Numbered from the whole stretch's first letter, positions 48,655 through 62,640 are shown. The stretch: DNA of 62,968 nt, filler included, from Chiloscyllium plagiosum (GCF_004010195.1; 4 parts of one record of this genome joined end to end with filler, not necessarily neighbours in it); one strand, 5' to 3'. Numbers and translations are program-made. The notes: generated by a model not told the origin, from the sequence alone.

Positions 48655-50374
48655 ACAGCCAACCTCAGAGCTATGGCCTCAGCAGCCGCTCGCAGCCCTG
48701 GCCAGGGCATTCGCAACACAGTCAGGGTGACTGTGAAGAAGGTGGAGGAGCGCACACCGGTCGAACGGACGGTGTTCGTGAGGAAGAGATTTTGCTGGAG
48801 TGCTGCGGGTTCGAAGCAGCGGACATGTACTGCCTGCAGGATTTCCCTGCGGCAGGCTATTTCGATGTGACCTTCAGGAGTGTGAAGAATTGCGAGCAGC
48901 TCCTGAAGGTCTTCAAGGAGAAGGAAGGGGAACCTCTGTTCTCCATNNNNNNNNNNNNNNNNNNNNNNNNNNNNNNNNNNNNNNNNNNNNTTAATTAATT
49001 AANNNNNNNNNNNNNNNNNNNNNNNNNNNNNNNNNNNNNNNNNNNNGCCAAGTCTTGGGAGGAGGGTATCAGCAAAGTGAGGCAGAAACTGGGCAGATGG
49101 AAGCTACGGTCGCTCTCCATCGTGGGAAAAAACCTGGTCATCAGGTGTGAGGCACTGTCATTGCTATTATACGTGGCACAGGTCTGGCCTATTCCCAGAA
49201 CCTGTGCCACTGCAGTCACCCGGGCCATCTTCCAGTTTATATGGAGGTCAAAGATGGACTGGGTCCGAAGGGACTCGCTATACAAAGATCTGGGCAACGG
49301 GGGAAAAAATATACCCAATGCCACCCTCACCCTGATAGCCACCTTTGTGTGTGGCTGCATCAAGCTGTGCATGGATCCACGGTTCGCAAACACCAAGTGT
49401 CACTACGTACTGAGGTTCTACCTGTCCCCGGTGTTGCGAAGGATGGGCCTGGCCTTGCTGCCGTGGAACGCTCCGAGTAGTTGGACCATTCCGTATCACC
49501 TGTCCTTCGTGGAAAAGTTTATGAAGAAAAACACCTTTGACCACAAGTCCATCTGGAAGTGGTCAGCACGTAGTGTCCTCGAGACCCTTCGGGAATAGGA
49601 GAGGGCGGATCCTATCGAGCGGTTCCTTGAGCAGACTGTCAAAGCCATTTGGCAGAATGCCTCATCGCCAGAACTTTCCAACAAGCACCGAAACATGGTT
49701 TGGCTGGTGGTGAGAAGGGCTCTGCCTGTGAGATCCTTTATGCACACCCGGACTCTCAGCCACACCGCATGCTGCCCTCGAAGCAGCTGTGGGGGGGACG
49801 AGACTGTCACACACCTCCCTTCTGGAATGTGCCTACGCAGAAGAAGTCTGGAGAGGAATGCAGTGGTGTTTGTCGAGGTTCGTCCTGAGCAGTGCCGTGA
49901 CGCGGGACCCGGTCCTCTATGGCCTGTTCCCCGGGACGCACACCAAGACGAACATCAACTATGCCTGGAGGATCATCAACTCGGTGAAGAATGCTCTCTG
50001 GGCGGTCCGAAACCTGTTGATTTTCCAGCTGATGGAATTGACCCCGACTGAGTGTTGCAGACTGGCACATTCCAAGGTCCAGGACTACGTGTTGAGGGAT
50101 GCACTGAAGCTTGGGGCAGCTGCCACCAAGGCGCGGTGGGCAAAGACCACTGTGTAACGTCTGTCTGCCCAAAGAAGAACAGGGGGCCCCATCCAGTCAT
50201 TTGGGCTCTGCTGACGCCTCCGCTAAAAATGTAATCGTACCGACCTGTAAATAGGAATGATTACTCTGTTTCAGTATGCAAAGAAATGGAATGTTTCCAT
50301 ATGTATGGCATGTCCAACTGTACAGACCATCAAATTATTTTATGAATAAAGTATATTTTTGAAATAAAAAGAAA
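48655..50374 (+). mobile_element. Tx1-clade (L1-related) LINE; ORF1 start, gap, ORF2 3' end, A-rich tail
   Basis: ORF1 MASAAARSPGQGIRNTVRV...YCLQDFP..GYFDVTF; ORF2 W..RSLSIVGKNLVI, GGKNIPN, CP..CG..ETV.H zinc knuckle; AATAAA plus A-tail; 7-bp TSD agcggtt at 48648-48654 and 50375-50381. Confidence 0.9.
48947..49046. other. Artificial scaffold gap inside the Tx1 element
   Basis: 44N-TTAATTAATTAA-44N. Confidence 0.95.
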
Positions 50375-51435
50375 AGCGGTTGGCTGTAATTTTGGCAATC
50401 TAGGCACTGCCTCATCAATGTGGCTATGTCAGCATCCAATCTTGGCTACCAGACATAACTTCTCACCAACATCTTCACTTTGGAAGCCTCTGGATGACCC
50501 TGATGGAGTTCAGCCAGTATCTGGCAACGACCTTTCCACAGGACAATCATACTTGCTCCCCATAACAAAATGTCATCCTCTACAGTGATCTGGTCTCTCT
50601 GGGTCCAGAAAGGTTTCAATTCTGGTTGTGACGGCCCTTTTGTATCCCCCATCACCACAAACTGTTTTAGTTTTGCCAGGACCGGATCTTTTTGCGTCCA
50701 AAGTCTGATATTGTCAGTGGTGACTGGAAGGGTGTCCAACTACAGGGATAGCTTCAACAGGGTTGCGACTGAGGAGAAGACTGATTAAAGGTTAAATCTG
50801 ATTTTCCCAGACTTGAGGTGGAGGGTCAAACGACATCAGGAACACTAATGCCGGACACAAGACTCCTCTAAGAAAGACAGTTTACTTCGGGGGATGAAGT
50901 TTTGTGCCTCAGGAAACGTTAGGCTCCTAATAACCAAAAAAGCTATGGATCCATAAGCTTTCAGGAGAATTACTTGTTGCTTTTCATCTGCCCCAACGTC
51001 ATTTGCCCAGGAAAAAAAAAGGCATTTTTCCATATATTGGGCCCAGTCTTCGATGGCAGCGTCAACCTTCTGAAATACCTGCATGATGCCAGAATTGCTT
51101 ACCCAACTCAGGAGTGTATTTTTTTCTCTCTTGTCACCACTGAAATAACTCCACAAAGGCTGGTATCACATTACCAAGTCAGTCTTTAGTTCCACTTGCA
51201 TAGTACGTGACACTGGTTCGGCTTCCTCAGAAGTAGCTCTCAGACACTCCTGTTTATATCTGTCAGCTAGGGCTCCCTGATTGGATTAGGTTAACAGCCC
51301 CAATCAGGGAACTCAGATTTTATGAGGTTCATCTGGCTGACTTCGTTACAATCGCTAGAGCCTTGTGAATTGTGCTTTGTGAAAGCTTTTCAAACTTCTA
51401 CTAGACTTCTTAACCTCATGTCTGAGGTTAGTTGT

Positions 51436-51768
51436 TAGATTTAGATTAGATGAGATTAAATTAGATTACATTACAGTGTGGAAACAGGCCCTTCGGCCCA
51501 ACAAGTCCACACCGACCCGCTGAAGCGCAACCCACCCCTACCCCTACATTTACCCCTTACCTAACACTATGGGTAATTTAGCATGGCCAATTCACCTAAC
51601 CTGCACATCTTTGGACTGTGGGAGGAAACCGGAGCACCCGGAGGAAACCCACGCAGACACGGGGAGAACGTGCAAACTCCACACAGTCAGTCGCCTGAGG
51701 CGGGAATTGAACCCAAGTCTCTGGCGCTGTGAGGCAGCAGTGCTAACCACTGTACCACCGTGCCACCC
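51436..51768 (-). mobile_element. HE1-like SINE
   Basis: Full-length reverse copy with (gatta)n tail. Confidence 0.93.
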
Positions 51769-52489
51769 ACGGTGTCACCTTATCCTAGATTATGTCCCCT
51801 TATCCTAGATTTCCTGCAATCAGTGGGATCACTTTCTCTCTACCCTTTGAGATCCCCTTATTGTCTTGATAGATTTAACAACAACACCTTTAGTACTCTA
51901 AATTCCAGGGAATGCAACCCTACTTTTCCCTTATAACATTTGGAGTCCCAGGTATTAATCTAGTAAATCTCTGCTCCATTGTCTCCAAGGCCAATATAGG
52001 CCAAGGATCCTGAGGTGTGCAGCCCAGGCTACACTCCATGTGTGACCTAACCAGAGTTTTCTATATCTGTGATATGACTTCTCTCTCTTTTAATTACAAT
52101 TGTATCTTGTCCTCCGGATGTAAAGGCCTGCATTCCATTTGCCTTTTGATCATTTTATGTGCCAGTTCACGATACTTTAATGATTGTGACCTCCCTTGCT
52201 TCCACGAAATGTTTTTATGCTCCTTTGCTGTTGGATTGATGGCCATTTCACCGCTTATCTACCTGCCATTGGCATGTCTAATGTTTTACAGAAGTTAGGG
52301 GAGGTCCACCTGCCCATCAGTGTTTTCAATTCCTTAAGTGGTTAATTTATGGGAAGCCCAGGCCATGTAGGAAGCCCAGTGGCTTTAGATGTTCTGTCCA
52401 ATATCCAGTTAGTGTAGAATTCTCCATTGCAGGTCCCCGATTCATTGGAGGTACCCCTACAACAAGGTCATGAGTCTGTTTAACTTTCT

Positions 52490-54290
52490 AGGAGAAAGTG
52501 AGGACTGCAGATGCTGGAGATCAGAGTTGAGAGTGTGGTGCTGGAAAAGCACAGCAGGTCAGGCAGCATCCGAGGAGCAGGAGAATCGACATTTCGGGCT
52601 TAAGCCCTTCATCGGGAATCAGGCTTGTGGGCTGGGGAGTTGAGAGATAAATGAGGGAGGTGGGGTGGGGGAGTGCGGCTGGGGGAAGGTAGCTGAGAAT
52701 GCAATAGGTAGATGAAGGTGGGTGGGAAGATAATAGGTTGGAGAGGAGGGTGGAGCAAATAGATTGGCAAGACAATTGGTTAAGAGGGCGGTGCTGTGTT
52801 GGAGTCTTCGGACTGGGATAAGGTGGGGGGAGGGGAATTTAGGAAACTGATGCAATCCACATTAATCCCGTGTGGTTGCAGGTTTCAAGGCTGAAGATGA
52901 GGCGTTCTTCCTCCAGGTGTCAGGTGGTTAGAGTTTGGCAATGGAGGAGGCCCAGGATCTGCATGTCCTTGGTGGAGTGGGAGGCGGAGTTGAAGTGTTC
53001 AGCCACGGGGCGGTGGGGTTGTTTGGTGTGGGTGTATGAAACAATCTGCAAATTGGTGTCCTGTCTCCCTAATGTAGAAGAGACCAGATCAGGTGCACCG
53101 GATACAGTCGATGACATTAGTGGAGATACAGGTAAATTTCTGTTGGATGTGGAAGGATCCTTTGGCGCCTTGGACAGAGGTGAGGGGGGAGATGTGGGTG
53201 CAGGTTTTGCACTTCCTGCGGTGGCAGGGGAAGCTGCCGGGAATGGGGTGAGGGCTGGTGGGTGTCGTAGATATGACGAGGGAGTCGCAGAGGGAATGGT
53301 CTCTCCAAAATGTTGGTAGGGGTGGGGAGTGAAATATATCCCTCATGGTGGGGTCTGTTTGTAGGTGGTGCAAGTGGCGGAGCATGATGCAATGTATACG
53401 GAGGTTGGTGTGGAAGGTGAGGACCAGCGGGGCTCTGTCCTTGTTGCGTTGGGATGGGTGGGGTACAAGGGCAGAGTTGCAGGAAGTGGAGGAGATGTGC
53501 TGGACATGAGCATTGTTGACCATGTGGGAGGGGATATTGCACTCTTTTTCAAAAAGGAGGCCATCTGGGCGAAGGTGGAGAATTATTCCCAATTCCACTG
53601 CAGGAAGTGCAAAACCTGTGCCTACACCTCCCCCCTCACCTCCATCTAAGGCCCCAAATGATCCTTCCACATCTGACAGAAATTTACCTGTACCTCCACT
53701 AATGTCATCTACTATATCCATTACACCCGATCTGGTCTCCTCTACATCAGGGAGACAGGACGCTAACTTGCGGACTGGTTCAGAGAACATTTCTGGGATA
53801 CCCGCATCAATCAACCCCACTGCCCCATGGCTGTACACTTCAACTCCTCCTCTCACTTACTAAGGACATGCAAGTTCTGGGCCTCCTCCATCGCCAAACC
53901 CTAACCACCTGATGCCTGGAGGAAGAATGCCTCATCTTCCATCTTGGGACCCTGCAACCACACAGGATCACTGTGGATTTCACCAGTTTCCTCAGTTCCC
54001 CTCCCTTCATCTTATCCCAGTCCCACGCCTTCAACTTGGCACCGCCCTCTTGACCTGTCCATTGTCTTTCCTATCTATCCGCTCCACCCTCCTCTTTGAC
54101 CTATCATCTTCCCACCCACCTTTATCCACCTATTGCATTCTCAGCTATGTTCACCCCAGACCCACCCTCCTCTCACTTATCTCTCAGCTTCCGGCCCACA
54201 AGGCTGATTCCTCATGAAGTGCTTATGCCTGAAATGTCAATACTCCTGCTTCTCAGATGCTGCTTGACCTGCTGTGCTTTTCCAGCATGA
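52490..54290. mobile_element. Large fold-back Penelope-like element (minus arm to about 53585, plus arm from about 53590)
   Basis: Both arms carry the CRKCKTC and GIY-YIG region and the 3' repeat with hammerhead remnant, in opposite orientation. Confidence 0.88.
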
Positions 54291-55460
54291 CACATTGACT
54301 GTCTATAACTTTTTCCTGGCCGGTAGAATTCACTCCCAAACCCCTGCAAAGATACCCATAACCCTGGACTTTTCTGTAGCAGCAATGTGTTGTCCCTGTC
54401 TAGTTCCAGCAATGACCTCGATGTCCAACCTCCGCTTTTAGTCTTCAGAGCTGCTGGCCATCTGGTTACCCCAGCAACTCTCCAACATGGGGTTCCCCAC
54501 TTTTAATTTATTAATTCTGCTCCAAGTATTAAATTACTAATGCTCAGGATTATGTGACCTTCCCCTGTCACTGAAATTGTAGGAATTATGATTTGGTTTA
54601 TCTATAAAATCTAGCTGTAGAGCTTTCAGCTTTGGCTGTAGCTCAGTGTCATCTCAGAGTCAGAAAGTTGTGGACCTGAGTCCCATTCCAGACACTTCAA
54701 TATCGCAATCTAAGCTGACAGTCCAGTGCAGTATAAAGTGAACTCTATATTGTCTGAGATACTGTTGTAAAAGATTGCTGGCAATAGTTGAAGAAAAGCA
54801 GGGTGCCTTGACCAAAATTTATTCCACAAATTATATCAGAAAAAAATACCGTAACATTAACATTAAAGACAAAATATTGTAAATGCTGGAAAGCTGAAAT
54901 AAAAACACGAAACACTCAGCAGGTGAGGCAGCATCTGTGAAGAATTGGACTTAAATACTTCAACTCTGTGACATTTCATTAGATCTGACGGTGTTTCTAC
55001 ATCTGAGACAGAACTGTTACAGCTAAGATTCAGGTGGCTTGTTGCATTAATTAACCTAGTTTTTTGATTATAACAAAGATATTCTGTTCTTAACAATGCG
55101 GAATAAATATTGGTTAGCACTTGCTTCTTCAAAATACATAGCTTCAATCTTTCATGTCATTCAAGAGATAACACACCTCTGTTCAATGCAGAACTTGCTG
55201 GTGTGAGTGAGACCTTTTACTCTTGTATACTTGTCATAGGCAGCATAAGAAATGCTGGCCTTAGTAACTGCTTGGTTTGGTGTCTTTGCTTTCCAACAGT
55301 GACACTCTATTATTAACTTGCTTCTGACAGAGACAAATCTTTGCAGTGCTCTCAGTGAGAAAATAAGCAGATAAGCTACAGTAAATATCTTACAAATTAA
55401 TAAAAATTCTAATAAATCCAAATTAATTTTAACCATCTTATAAGATTTTCTTTTCTTTAG

Positions 55461-55533
55461 GTTAAAGAAGACGATCTTAAGTTGTTTGATTCTGTGGTTT
55501 ATGTAAATGCAGCAGAAAACCATTTGCCTTTAG
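55461..55533 (+). CDS. XRRA1: XRRA1 coding exon 4, VKEDDLKLFDSVVYVNAAENHLPL
   Basis: ttttctttag acceptor and GTAAG donor; 73 nt, phase 0 to 1; matches human KENDFKHFHSVIYINASENLLPL. Confidence 0.93.
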
Positions 55534-55807
55534 GTAAGAATCAACTCATTGATCAAGGAAATATGTCATCTCAGCATCCTGGATAAGGGAGGGAGAGCAA
55601 GTATCCACAGTCTAGGCTCCTACTGCAAAGTGTGTGTGCATGTGAGAACACAATCAGGCATGGCTGTGATGCCCCCACAGGTGAACAGTCAGTCAGCACC
55701 AAAGTAATGGATGGCCACAGGAGCTGAAATGTGGCTAAGACTTAAAGTTTTAGGCAAATAGTTGAAATGCAGCTAAGGGGAAGCATGATAATAAATTGAA
55801 AAAGGAA

Positions 55808-56038
55808 GATTAGATTAGATTAGATTCCCTACAGTATGGAAACAGGCCCTTCGGCCCAACAAGTCCACACCGACCCTCCGAAGAGTAACCCACCCTCCTC
55901 TGACTAATGCACCTAACAACTACGGACAATTTAGCATAGCCAATTCACCTGACCTGCACATCTTTGGAATGTGGAAGGAAACCGGAGCACCCGGAGGAAA
56001 CCCACGCAGACACGGGGAGAATGTGCAAACTCCACCCA
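55808..56038 (-). mobile_element. HE1-like SINE, 5'-truncated
   Basis: (gatta)n tail and conserved core. Confidence 0.9.
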
Positions 56039-57449
56039 GAGTGGAATGATATATTAAAGGGTGGGAGGAGGCTTATGTGGAGAATAAACAATGGCATGCA
56101 CCAGTTGGGCTGAATGGCCTAAATCTGTGTTACGCATTCAATGTGATTATATGTGATACCTCTCACACAGAATTGTCCTAATCTCAACAGAATGCATAAC
56201 CAAGCAGGGCTTGGAAATGCCCAGGCAGATATGAGTATGTGAGAGAGAGATAAAATAAGTTTGAACAATATTTGCTTTGAGACATTCTCACCTTCCTCCC
56301 AGATATTTAGTTTAGAACAGCATTGGAAGCTATCCTCAGATTTTTTTTTTGTTCAGAGAGGAAAGAGGAAAGATAGCTCTTGGAAGAAGGGAGATTGATA
56401 GTGAGGGATTCAGCAATGTTAATGCCATTGAATGTCAAGTGGAAATGATTAGATTCTGTCTTGTTAGCGATGGTCATTGCTAGCACTGTACAAAGGCCAT
56501 ATCTTTTTCTTTTTCCATGTTTTTGATTGATTCCTGGAACGGAAAAACATTTTTAAAAACCAAGGATTATTGTGGGCCTGCTGTACATTTGGAAGGCAGG
56601 TAACCTGACACTCATTTTAAGCACTCTTTACTCAGCTGCTTATTCAAGCAGCAGAGGAAGAAGGTTTCCAAAGGAGCTGGAGCTGTGGAATCATGGTATA
56701 TCCTGTGAATAGGGACCACTGAAAGGCTTTGCTAGTTTTGTCCCTCCACCCATCAACATCCATGTTTTGTTTCCTGTCTATGTCTGTCTATATGTTTGTG
56801 TAGAAGGAGTGTTTATAACCAGGTTTAGAGTTTTAGCCAGTAGATTATATGTTGACTGCTCATAATTGATGAAGCAACTGAAGATAGTTGGGCCTAGGAC
56901 ACTCCTGCAGAGATGTCCTGAAGCTTAGATGACTGACCATCACAACCACAACAATCTTCAGATATGACTCCAATCAGTGGAGAGTTTGCCCCGATTCTTA
57001 TTAACTTGAGTTTTGCTAGGACTCTTGATGCCACATTTAGTCAAATGTAGCCTTGATATCAAAGGCAATCACTATCACCTCTCCTCAAGAATTCAGCTCT
57101 TTTGTCCATGTCAGTAGCCCTCGCGGAACACAAACTGGGTGTCATTGAGCAGGTAATTGCAAAGCAAGTGCTGCTTGATAACATTGTTGATGATACCTTC
57201 CATCACTTTACTGATGACTCAGGGTAAACTGATGGGGCAGTAATTAGCTGGGTTGGACTTACCTGGGCAATTTTCCACCTTATCAGATGGATGCCAGTGT
57301 TGTAGCTGTTTTGGAATAGTTTGGCTAGGGGATGCAGCAAGTTCTGGAGCACAAGTCTTGAGTACTATGGCCAGAATTTTGTCAGGACCTTTAATGTTTT
57401 GCAGTATTCAGTGCCTCCAACTTTTCTTTGATATCATATGGAGTGAATT

Positions 57450-57776
57450 GATTAGATTAGATTACATTACATTACATTACAGTGTGGAAACAGGCCCTTC
57501 GGCCCAACAAGTCCACACCGACCCGCTGAAGCGAAACCCACCCATACCCCTACATTTACCCTTTACCTAACACTACGGGCAATTTAGCATGGCCAATTCA
57601 CCTGACCCTGCACATCTTTGGACTGTGGGAGGAAACCGGAGCACCCGGAGGAAACCCACGCAGACACGGGGAGAACGTGCAAACTCCACACAGTCAGTCG
57701 CCTGAGGCAGGAATTGAACCCAGGTCTCAGGCGTTGTGAGGCAGCAGTGCTAACCACTGTGCCACCGTGCCGCCCA
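57450..57776 (-). mobile_element. HE1-like SINE within a minus-strand L2 remnant (about 56380-57450)
   Basis: Full-length reverse copy ending gtgccgccc. Confidence 0.93.
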
Positions 57777-57899
57777 CAAATTGGCTGAAAACTGGCATGT
57801 TTCTCTCTCTACAGATGTTCTCAAACCTACTGAGTTTATTCAGTACTTTCTGTTTTAATTTAAGCTAAGAAGTCAACTCTGGTTCAAGGGACGATGCAG

Positions 57900-60340
57900 G
57901 AGAGCATGTGAGCTGCACCATGCATACCTAAAATCGAGGTGTCAACCTGATGAAGATACAACACAGGTCTACTGGCAAGTCAAACTGTGGAAGCAATATG
58001 CAATAATCAGAGCCAAGTCATCCCACAACCAACAGCTCAGATCTAAGCTCTGCAATCTTATCACAGCCAGTCATGAATACTAATGGACAATTAAACAACT
58101 AAGTGGAGGAGAATGCTCCAGATCTATCCCCATTCTCAACAATGCAGGATTCTAGCATATCAGTGCAAATGACCAGGCTGAACTATTTAGAACATCAAAT
58201 TATTTCAACCAATTCAATTCACTTCACATGATGTCAAGAAATAGTTGGAGATGTTAGATTGAAAAACTGTGGGCCTTAACAGCATTCCAATAAGACAACT
58301 GAAGACTTGTACTCCAGAGCTAAGCTGTTCCAGTCCAGCTATAGTGCTCGTATCTACCCAGCAATGTGGAAAGTTGGCCAGATTTGTCTTGTTGATGCCA
58401 TCCATAAAAAGCAACTTGGCCAATTAACATTAGTTTATTCTTGATCATCAACAAAGCCATCAACAGCAATATTGAGTGCCACTTGCTCAGGAATAACCTG
58501 CTCACTGGTGCTCAGTTTGCATTCCACCCAGGCCATTTGGTTCCTAACCTTAGTCCAAACATGGACAGAAGATTGGAATTTCAGAAAGGAGGTGAGAGTG
58601 ACTGCCCTTCTTATGAAGGTAGCATTTGACTGAGTATAGCAGCAAGGAGCTCTAGCAAAACTAGAGCCAATGGGGAATTGGGGGGAGCTCTTGTGATGTA
58701 AAGTCTGTGACTTATTGATAATTGTAATATCATTTATTTTGGAAATTACATTTGAGCTAGAGGCATCTTAATTTTGGGGGTCTGTGTCTTTGAAGGAGTT
58801 TAATGATTAATGTGTAAGTAGTTCTGTTGCTGTAGTGATTTTTTTTAAAAAAAACAGTCTGAGAGAATTGGGATTGAATCCAGACCTCCTGGCTCAGAAG
58901 TATGGACACTACCACTGTGCCACAAGGGCTGTCTAGTCATCAGGGTAAGTCTTCAGCATGACCATCTTCTGCTGCTTCAACAACCATCCCTCCAATATAA
59001 GGTCAGAAATGGGGATTGTAACTCCATCATTAGCAAACATGTTCAGCACTATCTGCCACTCTTCAGATACTTAAGCAGTCAGTGTACACATGCAGCAAAA
59101 CCTGGACAACATCCATATTTAGGCTGATCAATGACAAATAACATTCATGCCACATAAGTACTAGGCAATGACTCTCTTAAACAAGACACAATCTAGCCAT
59201 CTAGGGGTTTAGATAGGGTCGACAGTGAGAATCTTTTTCCACGTATGGAGTCAGCTATTACAAGGGGGCATAGCTTTAAATTAAGGGGGGGTAGGTATAG
59301 GACAGATGTTAGGGGTAGGTTCTTTACTCAGCGAGTCGTGAGTTCGTGGAATGCCCTGTCAGTAGCAGTGGTGGACTCTCCCTCATTATGGGCATTTAAG
59401 CGGGCATTGGATAGGCATATGTAGGATAGTGGGCTAGTGTAGGTTAGGTGGGCTTGGATCGGCGCAACATCGAGGGCCGAAGGGCCTGTATTGCGCTGTA
59501 TTCTTCTATGTTCTATGTTCTATATCTCACCTTAATGTTCAAAGACATTACCATCTCTGTATGCCCTAATATCAACCATTGGAGTCACCATTGACGAGAA
59601 ACTGAAATTGACAAGCTGTGTAAATACTGAGGCTACGAGGTCAGTCATTGACTCTCCTTTGACAAGATCTTCCAAACTCATAACCACTACTATCTAGAAA
59701 GACAAAAACAGTAGATATATGGGAATACCAACATCTGAAATTTCCCCCTCAACACATTCACCATTCTGACTTAGAACTATATTGCTCTTCCTTCATTGTC
59801 ACTGGGTCAAAACTTTGAAACTCCCTCTGTAACAGCACTGTGGTTGCCCTAACTCTCTGCCTTCTGCCAGTTAGCTAATCCTCTATGCTTGCAAGTACCT
59901 TGTCCCAAATACCACGGACTCTTATCTTGTTTAGCAGCCACCTGTGTGGCACCTTGTCAAAGGCCTTTTGGAAAGTACTTCTGGATTTGTCAGGTATTGA
60001 AGCAGTCTGGCTTGTGTCCAGCAAGACTTGGACAAAATTGGGCTGACAACTGACACGCAAAGTTGCCATGCATTTGTGAAGCAACAATGACCATCTTCAA
60101 CAAGAGAAAGTCTAACCATCTCCTCGTCACATTCAACAGTATTAACATCACTGGATCCTCTACTCCCCAACATTATAGTTAGTGGTAAAATGAAGTGGAC
60201 TAGTCATATAAATTCTGTGATTACAAAAGCAGCATGCAGTTCACATCCTAACTCCCCAAGTCTGTCCACCATCTATAAAACACGTTTGTTATGTGATAAA
60301 ATAGATACCTCTCTACTTGTCTGGATGAATGCAACCCTAA
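57900..60340 (+). mobile_element. Fragmented old L2-clade LINE with nested insertions
   Basis: NNLLTGAQFAFHPGH, MQQNLDNIHI-ADQ and related RT remnants. Confidence 0.6.
59201..59523 (+). mobile_element. Young CR1 3' end
   Basis: RVDSENLFPRMESAITRGHSFKLRGGRYRTDVRGRFFTQRVV; ttctatg tail. Confidence 0.92.
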
Positions 60341-60811
60341 CAATACTCAAAAACAGAAATTGATAGAGAAACTCAGCAAGTCTGGCAACAGATCTGTGGA
60401 GGGAAAGCAGAATTAACATTTTGAGCCCCGTGATCCTGCTCAAGAACTCATTCTTTTTTCCTGTGGAGGTTTGGTAGTATATGCTTTGTTGTTCTCCATG
60501 AAATTTGGCATCCTGATGTCTGTTCTGAAGAGTGCAAGATGTAAAGATTTGACAGCATGTTCCTCACTTCAGTAATACTCCATTAAGTTAGTTGAACACA
60601 ATTTGGCTTTAATAAATCCATGCTGGCTTTACTCCATTAATCCACACTTGTTCAAGTGACAATTAATTTTATCCCTTAGAAATTAAGATGATAGATTACC
60701 TGAATTATAATATCTGAACTCATTCTCCACATTATTACTGCAAATTTGGGTAACCCAGCCAATGGAACCTGTATGTGTATACTGTAATCACTTGTTCTAT
60801 TTTTCTCTTAG

Positions 60812-60909
60812 AAGTGTTTAGACTGTTTCCAGCTATCCGAGAACTGGATCTCACAATGAATGGGCTGCAGAAAGTGCAGCTGATCACAAAGGATTTCCCC
60901 CATTTGGAG
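60812..60909 (+). CDS. XRRA1: XRRA1 coding exon 5, (E)VFRLFPAIRELDLTMNGLQKVQLITKDFPHLE (leucine-rich repeat)
   Basis: ttttctcttag acceptor and GTAAGT donor; 98 nt, phase 1 to 0; LRR pattern IxxLxLxxN; matches human FPALKELDLAFNGIK...DF..LE. Confidence 0.93.
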
Positions 60910-61029
60910 GTAAGTTATTCAGTTTAGATTGGTGCCTGATAGTCACAGGACCTGTCAGGCCTACAGGTAAGAATTGCTGGATGCAACTCGAGTGCCAAGT
61001 GTCAATAGGAATCATTGAGCAGTGTTGTA

Positions 61030-61560
61030 TATAGTGTTGATCTCCCTCTTTAAGGTGTGCAGTTAGGAAAGATGTTACAAGCTGATGTTCTGTGAAGATT
61101 TATGAGTCTAATATCTGGAATGGACAGGTTGCCTTTACATGACAGATTGGGAAGGCCAGACTTGTATTTGGTGGTTTTTAGAAGAACATGAGGTGACTTA
61201 ATTGAAACATATAAGATCCTGAAGGGTTTTGACAGGATTGATGTGGAGAGAATGCTTCCTCTTGTGAGAGCACCTAGAATTAGAGACCATTGTTTCAACA
61301 GTAAAGAGTAACCCATTCACAGCAGACGTGAGGAGAAATCTCTTCTCGCAGGGGATGGTAAGGTTTTGGAATTCTTTTCCTCAAGACAGTGGAAGTGGAG
61401 TCTTCGAGTATTTTTAAAGTGGAGTAGATTGATTCTTACTAAACAAGGGTTTAGTATTGTCAGGGTAGATGGGAATACAGAGAAATCAGATTGGCCACAA
61501 TTTTACTGAATGATGAACTAGACTTGAGGGACCAAGGGACCTACTCCTGATTTGTATGTT
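61030..61560 (+). mobile_element. Old CR1 3' fragment
   Basis: GDLIETYKILKGFDRIDVERMLPL motif. Confidence 0.75.
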
Positions 61561-62640
61561 TGTAAGTAATTTCTGTGGTTTTCTCCTACATCAGATGCAA
61601 GCCTTTCAACCCAATGTTCAAGGCAGTAGATCTTTTTAAAAAGATTACTCCCAGGGCCACATGCTGGCGAGAGCAGGAATAAGAGGATAGATCAGATGCA
61701 TGTGTGGCAGGAGAAATGGTGTAACAGGGAGGGGTTTAGATTCTTGAGGCATTGGGACCATTTCTGGGGAAGGTGGAACCTATACAAGCCTGATAGGTTG
61801 TACCTGGGCAAAGCTGTGACAAATATCCTCATGGGGGGCTTTTGCTAGTTCCATTGGAGAGGTTTTAAACAAGTATGGCAGGGGAATGGGATTTAAAGTG
61901 CAGTGGTTTGGCTGAGGTGGACTGGACAGGACCGCTAAAGGATAAATCAGTGAGAAGCACTAAAAAGTGTGATCCTTGGGGCACAAAACAGACATGTCCC
62001 TTCCAAAAATAAGAATGGTACTGCCAAATTGAGACCTCTACGGTTGTCTAGAAAAATACGGGGGCAGATTAAACAGAAAACAAAAGCATGCGATATTCAC
62101 AGTTGGTGGTGGAGGCAGAGACACTAAACTCTTTCAAAAGTACCTGGATCTGCACTGTAAGTGCTATAAACTGCAGGGCTATGGGTTGTGTGCAAGAAGG
62201 TGGGAGTAGAAAGGCCATCTGGGTATCTTTGGATCAGCATGGAAAAGATGAGCCGAATAATAACCCCTTTTAATGTATAATTTCTGTGGTTTTATAGTTC
62301 TAAGGGAATATTGAGCTTCCAGATATTGACTCAAGAGATGATCCATCAAGATTTTATGTTTTGAAAACAAAAAATATTTTATCAAATGACTAAAGAACAC
62401 TATTCACTCAGCACAATCATCACTTTTAGACAGCTTATACAATAAAATCTAGAAATGTCTTACTTATTACACATCACATTCTGTACAGTTACAGTTTTCT
62501 TACAAATAATTCAGTTTCATTCAGTTTAGAAAGACCTTTCATGTGAGGATTATATTGTAAATATATTTCTGTAGCTTAGTGCCAGGCAACTGTTTCAGTC
62601 TCTTTTTCTCTGTTTCTGTGGTTCTAGGGAACCTGCAACC

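Larger units (their letters stand above)
47750..51359 (-). mobile_element. Degenerate Gypsy LTR element (same family as 4621-8898), deleted and interrupted by a Tx1 LINE
   Basis: Integrase LVTDNGPSFTSREF...NGLAERAV; LAELHQGHP; gag remnant at 50845-51100; 5' LTR at 51141-51359 followed by PBS-like tggtgacaagag. Confidence 0.88.

Noticed and set aside
56490..56870. LTR-like segment interrupting an L2 remnant
   Set aside because: No termini, TSD or second copy could be established by eye.
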